From NCBI GenBank assembly GCA_965261395.1, contig OZ253462.1, positions 6,400,001-6,464,000 on the forward strand: 64,000 nt of DNA, in the 5' to 3' direction. A program made the position numbers and the translations under genes. How positions within the stretch are numbered: position 1 is the first letter of the stretch; each line of letters opens with the position of its first letter. The stretch comes from Candidatus Latescibacterota bacterium. GTDB taxonomy: Bacteria; Latescibacterota; UBA2968; UBA8231. Positions 28,541 to 37,366 of this stretch are shown piece by piece. The notes under the pieces were generated by a model, which ran no database searches, was not told where the DNA came from, and saw nothing but the letters and a program-made list of their open reading frames with translations.

Positions 28541-30446
28541 GCTTCTCACCGCCGGCCAGCTTGTTGCCCTGCTCCCCGACGACCATGTCGTACCCGTCCG
28601 GCTGTTTGACGATGAACTCGTGGGCGTTGGCCGCGCGGGCCGCGCGCAAAATCTCGTCGAAAGTGGCACCGGGCTTGCCGTAGGCGATGTTTTCGGCAAT
28701 CGTGCCGTTGAACAAAAACGACTGCTGGGCCACCATGCCGATCTGCGAGCGCAGGTCGCGCAGGCGAATGTTGCGGATATCGACCCCGTCGATGGCGAGG
28801 CGGCCATGCGAGACATCGTAAAAGCGCGTGATTAGGTTGATCAGCGTACTCTTGCCCGTCCCAGACTTGCCGACTAGACCGATCATCTCGCCCGGCTGCA
28901 CCACCAAATCGATGTCGCGCAGGACGATTTTGCCTGGGTCGTAGCCAAAGGCCGCGTTCTCAAAGGCGACTTGACCCTCAATCGTGGGGATGCGCTGGGC
29001 ACTGGGATTGTCAAAAGGCTCGGAGGGCGCATCGACGATTTCAAAGATGCGCTCAGCACCGGCAAAGGCCCGCACCATGAAACTGTAGAAGTCGCCAAAC
29101 CACTTGAGCGGGTGGTAGAGCATCCACAGATAGGCGATAAAGGCCATCAACTCCCCTAGCGACAGGTCGCCCTCAACGATCTGCTGACCGCCGAAATACC
29201 ACACGAAGAACCCGCCAAAGCTCATAAAGAAATTGGTCACCATAAAGAAGACCAACCAAGCGCGCTCCGCGCTGACGCTGATTTGGCGCAAGGCGTGGTT
29301 GCGCTGATCAAAGCGCTCGGACTCGCGGTGCTCTTGCGCGAAAGCCTTGACCACGCGGATGCCGGAGATCGACTCGTTGAGATGAGTCGTCAGCCGCGAC
29401 CAGCGCACCGACCAACGGCCCCAGAAGCGTTGCAGGCGATTCCAGATGAGGCTCGAGCCAATGATGATCGGCGGCACCGGGGCCAGCACGTAGAGGGTCA
29501 GCTCCCAGTTCATGTAGAACAGCAGCCCCAAGATGCCGACGATCATCGCGGCATTGGAGACGATGTAGGGCATGTCAAAGAGCAGAAAGTCTTCGACCAT
29601 CTCCGAGTCGTTGTTCATGCGGGAGATCAAAGCGCCGACCTTGCGCTTGTCGTAAAAGCGCAGGGGCAGGTACTGGAGCGCCTTGAACAAGTCCGTGCGC
29701 AAGTGCTCGATGGCGCGGAAGCCGACCCGGGTGTTGAGCCAGCGGCGCACCACGCCGATGCACCACTCGACGACGCCGATGACAAAAAGGCCGCCGACCA
29801 GCCAGTAGAGTAGGTTGATATTAGCGGCGGCACCGGGGACGAGAACGTCGTCGATGAGATGCTTAACGATATAGGGCGGTGCCAGCTCCAGCAGCGAGGA
29901 TAACACGGTCAGACCCAGTAGCAACGCTAGCTGGAGGCGATAGGGCAGCATGTAGCCGATCAGGCGCTTAAAGGTATCGAATTTGGCGATGCAGACCGGG
30001 CATATCCCACCCACCTCGGGCAGGCGGCGCTGGCATTGCTCGCAGTGCGTGCGGTCCAGCTCGTGGGGCAGGTTGAGGTCTTGACCCTCTTTGAGCTGCT
30101 CAATGCCCTCGGCGACCTCGGCGAATTTGGCCGCCAGTGAGTTGGAGTAATACAAATGAGCGGGTGCACCCGCCTCGCGCTCCAGTTCCAAGCGCCCGCC
30201 GCCGACTAGCGCCTCAATGCGGGCAGACTTGACCGCTTGCAGCGCAAACTCCACTTCACCGCTCGCGCCGTTGGGCACGAGGACCATCAGGCGCTCCGAC
30301 GTCACGACCAACCAGCGTTGCTCGAAGCGGTCCTCGCCGGCCATATCCGTGGCGACCTGGATCAAGACTTTTTCCTCGCGGCCCTTGCGCGAGCGAACTT
30401 TGGCTTCGACGGTGTGCGGCAGATTTTCCAAAAAGAAGGTGGACAT
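28227..30446 (-). CDS. ABC exporter (fused TMD-NBD, MsbA-like) with N-terminal extension and CxxC..CxxC motif
   Basis: GKSGTGKST, LAGGEKQRISIARA, LDEATSS, AHRLST; CEQC...CPVC before the TMD. Confidence 0.93.
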   Translation of the reverse strand: MSTFFLENLPHTVEAKVRSRKGREEKVLIQVATDMAGEDRFEQRWLVVTSERLMVLVPNGASGEVEFALQAVKSARIEALVGGGRLELEREAGAPAHLYYSNSLAAKFAEVAEGIEQLKEGQDLNLPHELDRTHCEQCQRRLPEVGGICPVCIAKFDTFKRLIGYMLPYRLQLALLLGLTVLSSLLELAPPYIVKHLIDDVLVPGAAANINLLYWLVGGLFVIGVVEWCIGVVRRWLNTRVGFRAIEHLRTDLFKALQYLPLRFYDKRKVGALISRMNNDSEMVEDFLLFDMPYIVSNAAMIVGILGLLFYMNWELTLYVLAPVPPIIIGSSLIWNRLQRFWGRWSVRWSRLTTHLNESISGIRVVKAFAQEHRESERFDQRNHALRQISVSAERAWLVFFMVTNFFMSFGGFFVWYFGGQQIVEGDLSLGELMAFIAYLWMLYHPLKWFGDFYSFMVRAFAGAERIFEIVDAPSEPFDNPSAQRIPTIEGQVAFENAAFGYDPGKIVLRDIDLVVQPGEMIGLVGKSGTGKSTLINLITRFYDVSHGRLAIDGVDIRNIRLRDLRSQIGMVAQQSFLFNGTIAENIAYGKPGATFDEILRAARAANAHEFIVKQPDGYDMVVGEQGNKLAGGEKQRISIARAILHDPRILILDEATSSLDTPTEKKIQEAIQRLVKGRTTFAIAHRLSTLRSADRLVVLDAGKIAEVGTHEELMAREGIFYNLVNTQRETSAVMATGG

Positions 30447-30455
30447 GGATGATCT

Positions 30456-32690
30456 CTATTCCTTAATGGCGATGATCTCGGCCACTTCTTTTTGCAAATT
30501 GACCAACTCGTAAAAGGTCCCCTGCTTCGCCATAAGTTCCGCGTGCGTCCCCGATTCGACGATGCGACCGTCGTCGAGGACCATCAGCCGGTCGGCGTTG
30601 CGCAACGTCGAAAGCCGGTGGGCAATGGCCACGGTGGTGCGGCCCTCGACGAGCCGCTGAATCGCCTCCTGGATCTGCAACTCGGTCTCCACATCGACCG
30701 AGGCAGTGGCTTCGTCGAGGATCAGTACGCGGGGGTTGTGGAGGATGGCGCGGGCAATGGAGACGCGCTGGCGCTCTCCCCCCGAAAGCCCGGCCCCCTT
30801 CTCTCCGACTTGGGTCTCATAGCCATCGAGCTTGGCCATGATGAAGTTGTGGGCGTTGGCCGCGCGGGCGGCTGCCATGATGTCCGCAAAGGAGGAGCCG
30901 GGCCGGCCGTAGCCGATGTTCTCGGCAATGGTGCCGGAAAAAAGCACCGGCTCCTGCAGCACGATGCCGATCTGCGAGCGCAAGTCGCGCAGGGCGATGC
31001 CGCGGATGTCGATCCCGTCGATCTCAATGGCCCCGTAGTCGACGTCGTAGAAGCGGGCGATGAGGTTGACGGTCGTCGTCTTGCCGACTCCGGATTTGCC
31101 CACGAGGCCGATCATCTCGCCCGGCTGGATGTCCAAGTCAAAGTCCTTCAGCACCGGCTTGCTCTTGTCGTAGCCAAAGGTGACGCCCCGGAAGCGAATG
31201 GCTCCCTGCATCCTCGGCACCCGTTGCGCGGTCGGGTCCTCGTATGCCTCGGGCTGGGTGTCGATGACCTCGAAGATGCGCTCGGCCCCGGCAAAGGCCC
31301 GCGACATCCAGGCGTTGACTTGGCCGAACCACTCCAAGGGGCCGTAAAACAGCCACATATACGAGTAAAAGGCCAACAGCGTGCCCAAGGTCATCTTGCC
31401 TCCGAGGACCTGCTGTCCGCCGAGCAGCCAGACGACCAAGACCCCCAAACCCGTCAAGAACGTGATGGTAGCGAAGAACACGCCGCGATTTATCGCGGTC
31501 TTTTCGGCGACTTCGCGCAGCCTAGCATTGGGCTTGGCAAAGGCCGCTATTTCCCGGTCCTCTTGGGCAAACGCCTTGACCACGCGGATGCCGGCCAGCG
31601 TCTCTACCGTGCGCTCGGTCAGGCCAGACCAGACCTCGCCCCACTTGACGAAGTACCCGCGCAGCCGCTTCCAAAAGATCACCCCCCACAGCATGATCAG
31701 CGGCACGGGCACCAACACGTATAGGCTCAACGACCAACTCATCCAGAACAAAAACCCGAGGATGCCGAAGACCATCAGGCCGTTGATGACGATATAGGGC
31801 AAGCCATCGACGAGGAAGTCCTGCAACATCCCGGCGTCGCGGGTGGCCCGCGAGATGAGAGAGCCGACCTTGCGCTTGTCGTAAAACTGCAAGGACAGCA
31901 TTTCCAACCGGCGATAGAGGAGCGAGCGAATATCCGCGGTGAGCTGCGCGCCGAGCCAAGTCGCAATCCAGCCGTGGGCCCATTCAGCGACCCAAGCAAA
32001 GAAGCGGATGCCGACCAAGCCCAAGACGAACAGGCCCAACAGGTGGATGCGCTCGTCAAACCCCGTGGCACTGCCCTCCACCGGGACCAATACCTCATCG
32101 ACGATGTGCTTGGTAATCAGCGGTGGGGCCAATTCTGCGACCGTGGTGGCAATGGAGGCAAAAGCCAAGATGCCCGCTTTGAGCTTGTACGGGCCGATGT
32201 AGCTGGCGATGCGCTTGAGGGTCGCCAGTTTCTTGATACACGCCGGACAGATGCCGTTTTTCTCCGGCAAGAGCTGGTGACAGCGCTCACAGCGGGTCCG
32301 GTCCAAGTGCCCGTTGACGGCAAAGGGCTGGCCCTGGCGCAACTGCTCCAAGCCCCGCGCCACCTCGGACATTTTGTCGGCCTCCGAGCGCGTGTAGCCC
32401 AGCGCCAAGGTCGGTGCATCCACGCGCTCGATCTCCAACTGGCCACCGCCGACGAGCGCGTCGGTGCGCACCCCGGCCAGCGAGGCGAGTGGGATATCGA
32501 TGACCTCGCCCTGAGCAGGTACGACGAGAATCCGACGCGGGGTGGCCACCAGCCACTGGCGACCAAAGCGCCCGTCGGCATCCAAATCCGTAGCGGCGCG
32601 GATTAGCACCTCCTCCTCAGCGGGCAAGGCGGCGGCAATCCGCGCGGCCATGGGCGCGTCGGCTGACTCTAGCAGTTTTTGCATACTCAT
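30456..32690 (-). CDS. ABC exporter (fused TMD-NBD), paralog of the adjacent gene; likely heterodimer partner
   Basis: GKSGVGKTT, LSGGERQR, LDEATAS; CERC...CPAC. Confidence 0.93.
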   Translation of the reverse strand: MSMQKLLESADAPMAARIAAALPAEEEVLIRAATDLDADGRFGRQWLVATPRRILVVPAQGEVIDIPLASLAGVRTDALVGGGQLEIERVDAPTLALGYTRSEADKMSEVARGLEQLRQGQPFAVNGHLDRTRCERCHQLLPEKNGICPACIKKLATLKRIASYIGPYKLKAGILAFASIATTVAELAPPLITKHIVDEVLVPVEGSATGFDERIHLLGLFVLGLVGIRFFAWVAEWAHGWIATWLGAQLTADIRSLLYRRLEMLSLQFYDKRKVGSLISRATRDAGMLQDFLVDGLPYIVINGLMVFGILGFLFWMSWSLSLYVLVPVPLIMLWGVIFWKRLRGYFVKWGEVWSGLTERTVETLAGIRVVKAFAQEDREIAAFAKPNARLREVAEKTAINRGVFFATITFLTGLGVLVVWLLGGQQVLGGKMTLGTLLAFYSYMWLFYGPLEWFGQVNAWMSRAFAGAERIFEVIDTQPEAYEDPTAQRVPRMQGAIRFRGVTFGYDKSKPVLKDFDLDIQPGEMIGLVGKSGVGKTTTVNLIARFYDVDYGAIEIDGIDIRGIALRDLRSQIGIVLQEPVLFSGTIAENIGYGRPGSSFADIMAAARAANAHNFIMAKLDGYETQVGEKGAGLSGGERQRVSIARAILHNPRVLILDEATASVDVETELQIQEAIQRLVEGRTTVAIAHRLSTLRNADRLMVLDDGRIVESGTHAELMAKQGTFYELVNLQKEVAEIIAIKE

Positions 32691-32850
32691 ATATTAGCAA
32701 AACCCCGGGAGTGGCCCCGCAAAACAGGTGGATTCAACCCTGAAAAAGCTACTCTTGGCGCTTGGACAATGGCAAGGGAAAACTGGGTAAGGGCGCTCGG
32801 TTGTGGACCATTGTTTTTCCAATTCGCTCTTATCCTTACATTATAGGTCT

Positions 32851-33648
32851 ATGACCGCTATGACCGCAGACCAAAAGACGCTGGTGCCCTCGTCTCGCGC
32901 AGAGCGCAACCAGCAGCTAGCGCACTACCTCCGCGATCTAGCCTTGGAGCAGATGCCCGCCGAGGACCTTTTGCGCTGGGCCAGCGAGACCTTTCCCGGT
33001 CGGGCTATCCTCAATACTAGCTTCCAGTACACCGGGGTTGCGATGATCCACATGGCGATGTCCATGGGGCTAAATTTGCGCTTTGCCACCATCGACACCC
33101 TGCGGCTCCACCCCGAGACGCACGCCTTCATGGAGGAAGTCAAAGCGCGCTACGGCTGTCACTTTGAGGTCGTCCAGCCCAAGCGCGGTGATGTCGAGCG
33201 GATGGTCGCACGCCACGGCGAGTATTTGTTTTTTGACTCCAAGGAAAAACAGGAGCACTGCTGCCAAGTGCGGAAGGAATGGCCCAACAACGCGCTCTTA
33301 AAGACGGTCGATTGCTGGATCTCAGGGCAGCGTTGGGACCAGTCCGAGCATCGCCAGCAAACGGCGAAAAAGGCGACTTTGATTGACGAGTACGGCACCC
33401 GACGCAAAGTACTCAAGCTCAATCCATTGGTGGACTGGAGCGAAGAAGCGTTGATGGAGTTTACGCGGGCAAACGACTTGCCGGTGCATCCGCTCTACGG
33501 CCAAGGCTACCCGAGCTTTGGCTGCATCATCTGCTCCACCCCGATCCGGCCCGACGAACACAAGCGCAACGGTCGCTGGCGTTGGTTCAACAAGCAAGCC
33601 GACGGCGCAGACGACCACAAAGAGTGCGGACTGCACTACAACATCTGA
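32851..33648 (+). CDS. cysH: Adenylyl-sulfate/PAPS reductase (4Fe-4S APS-reductase type)
   Basis: IDTLRLHPET, EHCCQVRK, WISGQR, KLNPL, GYPSFGCIICS, GRWRW and C-terminal KECGLH. Confidence 0.9.
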   Translation: MTAMTADQKTLVPSSRAERNQQLAHYLRDLALEQMPAEDLLRWASETFPGRAILNTSFQYTGVAMIHMAMSMGLNLRFATIDTLRLHPETHAFMEEVKARYGCHFEVVQPKRGDVERMVARHGEYLFFDSKEKQEHCCQVRKEWPNNALLKTVDCWISGQRWDQSEHRQQTAKKATLIDEYGTRRKVLKLNPLVDWSEEALMEFTRANDLPVHPLYGQGYPSFGCIICSTPIRPDEHKRNGRWRWFNKQADGADDHKECGLHYNI

Positions 33649-33661
33649 GAGAAACCGCGCA

Positions 33662-34012
33662 ATGGCCCACACCTTGGAATGGCGCTACCATCGCCCCGGC
33701 TGAACGAGCTGCAAGCGCGCACAAGAGTTTCTTGTGCAGAACGGCATTGCCGACGGCGTCGTGCAGAGTGCGACCAAAAAACCAGTCTCCGGCACGGCAG
33801 CCCTCGCCTTGCTAGCGGGCGCGACCGAGCTGTTCGTCGCCCAAGGGCAGCGCGTCCTCCGCTTCGACCTAGCGTCGCAACGACCCGCGGACGAAGAATT
33901 GCTCCCACTTCTGTTGGGGCGTTCTGGCAAGCTCCGCTCACCCGCGTTCCGCTGCGGGACGCGCCTGATCGTCGGCTACAACCAAGCACTACTGCCGCTG
34001 GCTTTGGGGTAG
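33662..34012 (+). CDS. ArsC/Spx-like selenoprotein (UxxC; in-frame UGA at 33701-33703)
   Basis: MAHTLEWRYHRPG-U-TSCKRAQEFL...LLGRSGKLRSPAFRCGTRLIVGYN. The frame stays open across the TGA, and a hairpin lies at 33719-33737. Confidence 0.85.
33719..33737 (+). promoter_or_regulatory. Bacterial SECIS-like hairpin
   Basis: GCACAAGA-GTT-TCTTGTGC; the loop begins with G, 23 nt after the UGA. Confidence 0.7.
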
Positions 34013-35152
34013 ATGGAGAAGGGTATGTCAAATTCGACTTTGGAAAATGATGCCTACCTCAACGAAGAAGAGAGCGATGTTGAAGAAGAGAGGGAAGATC
34101 CGGAAGAAAAAATTACAACTCCATTCAACCCTGAGCAGATCAAAATTCGTACCACCCAGATCGTCGTCGAACAGCTTATATCGCGTATCAAGCACGAGGA
34201 AATTGACCTAGCACCAGATTTCCAACGACAGGCCGGCATCTGGAACGACGAGCGCAAGAGCCGCCTCATCGAATCGCTGTTGTTGCGCATTCCCCTCCCG
34301 GTATTCTATGTCGCCGCTGACGAGTCTGAAAAGTGGTCGGTCGTCGACGGCATTCAGCGCATGAAGACCATCTATGACTATGTGACGGGCAAGTTCCCTC
34401 TGAAACGACTTGAATATCTAACCAAACTCAACGGATGTACGCACGACGAACTGCGGAGGCCATTGCAGCGACGAATCAGTGAAACCCAACTTATCGTCAA
34501 CGTCATAGAGTCGGGTACTTCACCAGACGTGCTGTTCAATGTCTTTCGACGTATCAATACAGGTGGCATGACGTTGAATGGACAGGAAATACGCCATGCA
34601 CTGAACCCAGGTCCAGTTCGGGATTATCTGAAGGAACTTGCCGAATCCGACGAGTTCAAAAAAGCCACGGACGGTAGCATCAATCCAAAACGGATGGCTG
34701 ATCGGGAATGCGTACTCCGATTCCTCGCTTTCCATATCACTCCGTGGGAAAACTATTCCTCCAACGATCTCAATGGCTACCTTGTACGCACTATGCAGGA
34801 AATCAACGACATGAGTGAGTGTGAGCGAAACAACTTCGCTGTTGATTTCCGGAAAGCAATGTTAGCAGCGTCCGATATATTCGGTGAGAACGCATTCCGC
34901 AAACCATCTAGCGAACGCCGACTTCCAATTAATAAGGGTATTTTTGAGGCATGGACCGTTCAGTTGGCGCGTTGTTTGCCAGAGCAGATAAGAGTGCTTG
35001 TCGAACGGCGGAATGACACCCAATGTCGTTTCAAAGAACTGATAGCAGAAGACAGCGATTTTCTAGAGGCCATCTCCTATACGACTGGATCACCACAAAA
35101 CGTACAGAAGCGATTCCAAGCAATTGAGCAACTTGTCAAGGAGTTCGTCTGA
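34013..35152 (+). CDS. nsnA: DUF262 (ParB-like) protein, Menshen NsnA-like
   Basis: PDFQR...W...SRLIESLLLRIPLP...VVDGIQR...FRRINTGG..LNGQEIR. The start may be at 34025. Confidence 0.75.
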   Translation: MEKGMSNSTLENDAYLNEEESDVEEEREDPEEKITTPFNPEQIKIRTTQIVVEQLISRIKHEEIDLAPDFQRQAGIWNDERKSRLIESLLLRIPLPVFYVAADESEKWSVVDGIQRMKTIYDYVTGKFPLKRLEYLTKLNGCTHDELRRPLQRRISETQLIVNVIESGTSPDVLFNVFRRINTGGMTLNGQEIRHALNPGPVRDYLKELAESDEFKKATDGSINPKRMADRECVLRFLAFHITPWENYSSNDLNGYLVRTMQEINDMSECERNNFAVDFRKAMLAASDIFGENAFRKPSSERRLPINKGIFEAWTVQLARCLPEQIRVLVERRNDTQCRFKELIAEDSDFLEAISYTTGSPQNVQKRFQAIEQLVKEFV

Positions 35153-36402
35153 TGCTTCGCAATATCAAGCTGATGCACTTCAAGTGCTTTGAGCAGTTGG
35201 AGCTGAATTGCAAACAGCTCAATCTTCTCTGCGGTTTGAACGGGATGGGCAAGAGTAGCGTCATCCAAGCATTACTTATACTCCGGCAATCGTTCGAAAC
35301 TGGAGAATTACTCGCCGGCAGACTGGCCTTGAACGGTGAGCGAGTAGCTGTAGGTACAGGCGCGGATGTGCTGTTTGAAGACGCTGAGCACGATGTGTTG
35401 GAATTCGTACTTGAAAGCGACAAAATAGAAACACCATGGAAAATGGAGTTTGATTGTCTTAGGACTAGTACGGCGGATAGTATGGCGGACATTCTGGATA
35501 CATCGTCCAGCAGGACTAGGGCAATCAAAAGCCAAATCGACGAAAAAACGGACAAATTTTTGAAAGAGCGTCTGGATAAGGACCAAAGCCAAATCGACGG
35601 AGAGGTAATCCGAGAGGTACTCACAGAGTTTTTGTACATGCCTGTAGAATGGCGTGATATGCCACCGTTTGGAGGGGAACTCGTTTACATAAATGCAGGA
35701 CGGGTCGGGTCCCGGCAGTTGTACCCAGTCTCCACCGACGTGTTGACTAGACGAGGTGACTTCGGTGAAAGCGGCGAGTATGCGTGGGACTATCTAAATC
35801 GCCATCAGAACGACCTCCTGCAAGCGGACGATCCTCGTTGTGTTGAAGGAAGCGACCGTCGGCTGTCCACCGTCGTTGATCACTGGCTACAGGATGTGTG
35901 CCCCGGTGCTCATCTACAACTTGAAGAGGTGAAAGCTGCTGACGCGGTCATCGCCGGATTTACGTTCGACCGGGAGGACGATGTGGCTTCCCGACGGCAT
36001 CGTGCGACCAATGTCGGGTTTGGTCTGTCGTACGCGCTGCCGGTCATCCTTGCCCTGCTTTCAAAGCCCGGCACACTATGCCTGATTGAGAACCCAGAAG
36101 CTCACCTGCATCCCCGTGGCCAGACCAAGCTGGCCGAGTTGGCAGCCCGTGCGTCGAAGGCGGGCGTCCAAGTGATTGCTGAGACCCATAGCGATCACTT
36201 CATGGATGGCGTGCGGATCGCGGTCCGGGACGGCCTTATCGAACCAGAAGACGCCGCATTTCATTACTTTGAGCGTAAAGGCAACCAGACGGTCGTCACC
36301 TCGCCGCAGGTAGACTCAGACGGACGGCTGTCGTCGTGGCCGGTCGGGTTCTTCGATCAGCATGACGATAATCTGGCAAGGCTACTTGCACCAAAGGAAT
36401 GA
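35152..36402 (+). CDS. nsnB: ABC-type ATPase with DUF3696 C-terminus, Menshen NsnB-like
   Basis: FKCF...GLNGMGKSS, NVGFGLSY.LP, IENPEAHLHP, ETHSDH, GRLSSWPVGFFDQ. Confidence 0.8.
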   Translation: MLRNIKLMHFKCFEQLELNCKQLNLLCGLNGMGKSSVIQALLILRQSFETGELLAGRLALNGERVAVGTGADVLFEDAEHDVLEFVLESDKIETPWKMEFDCLRTSTADSMADILDTSSSRTRAIKSQIDEKTDKFLKERLDKDQSQIDGEVIREVLTEFLYMPVEWRDMPPFGGELVYINAGRVGSRQLYPVSTDVLTRRGDFGESGEYAWDYLNRHQNDLLQADDPRCVEGSDRRLSTVVDHWLQDVCPGAHLQLEEVKAADAVIAGFTFDREDDVASRRHRATNVGFGLSYALPVILALLSKPGTLCLIENPEAHLHPRGQTKLAELAARASKAGVQVIAETHSDHFMDGVRIAVRDGLIEPEDAAFHYFERKGNQTVVTSPQVDSDGRLSSWPVGFFDQHDDNLARLLAPKE

Positions 36403-36403
36403 T

Positions 36404-37366
36404 ATGCGCGAGTTAGTACTGAACGACACCAGTATTGCTGCCGCCGATCAGCGTACTGCTATGGATTGGCTCGTGGATATCGCTAAAGGGATGTCGTTGC
36501 TTGTTATAAAAAAAGTCGTTCAGAACACATTGCGGACGAGTCGCCCTTTACAGGCGATACATTATCGAGGCAACAACTCGCTTTGGGAGATAATCCTTGC
36601 ACTGAAGCAACACGGTTTGAGGGAAGAGTATCTATTTCTCATGCGTAGTAGCGTCAAGTCCCCTCTGACAAACGAGCTTGAACAAGGTATCAAGGATCGG
36701 TTTCTCGCCTGTGGAGGACGGACGTTTCCATCGCCAGCAGGCAATTCCCTCGTCTTATGCGCTATCTCCGATGGAATCGCTGTCAGCTTTCCCTCTGATT
36801 CGGTCTGGGATAGAAACCTAATTAAAGTTGATTTCTACGAACTGAAAGACGACGGAAGTGGCGAGGTAAGTGAGGAAGAAACGTTTGAAGAGATAGACAA
36901 TCTCGCACGCTCCGATCACGCGCCTCCAATATACGAACGCCATCGACAGAGTCTTCGCGGCCAAATCACGAGTTATGCAGAATTGTGGAATAATAGAAAA
37001 CTGGCATTTCCGAATCTCCTATTTGGGCCGGACGTGGAGGATCATCTTAAGAAACTAAATACCAGCAATTTAGGATCTATAGTCGGCAAGTTAGCGAATC
37101 TCAATGCTGCTGCGGCCGAGTGGCCCAACGTTGGAGGCGGCGCACCCCCGTGGAAGAACAGAGCCAGAGTGACCAACGAAAGCGAATCATTGCGGAACCA
37201 CCCTAGGTTGCGAGAACTACGTCTATTCAAATCTCACGATGGCACAAGCCAACTATTCCTGTGGCACGCCCGCTTCAGCGATTCTGGCCGAATTCATCTC
37301 CGTTTCGATCCAAGTTCGCACGAAATCGAAATCGGCTACATTGGACAGCACTTGCCTCTCCCCTAA
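36404..37366 (+). CDS. Putative effector with C-terminal RelE/colicin-like RNase domain (Menshen NsnC-like)
   Basis: Third tightly coupled gene; C-terminus ESESLRNHPRLRELRLF...WHARF..GRIHL...IEIGYIGQHLP. Confidence 0.6.
   Translation: MRELVLNDTSIAAADQRTAMDWLVDIAKGMSLLVIKKVVQNTLRTSRPLQAIHYRGNNSLWEIILALKQHGLREEYLFLMRSSVKSPLTNELEQGIKDRFLACGGRTFPSPAGNSLVLCAISDGIAVSFPSDSVWDRNLIKVDFYELKDDGSGEVSEEETFEEIDNLARSDHAPPIYERHRQSLRGQITSYAELWNNRKLAFPNLLFGPDVEDHLKKLNTSNLGSIVGKLANLNAAAAEWPNVGGGAPPWKNRARVTNESESLRNHPRLRELRLFKSHDGTSQLFLWHARFSDSGRIHLRFDPSSHEIEIGYIGQHLPLP

Noticed and set aside
30492-31724. Long plus-strand ORFs opposite the ABC, sulfatase and murD genes
   Set aside because: Typical antisense open frames of high-GC coding sequence.
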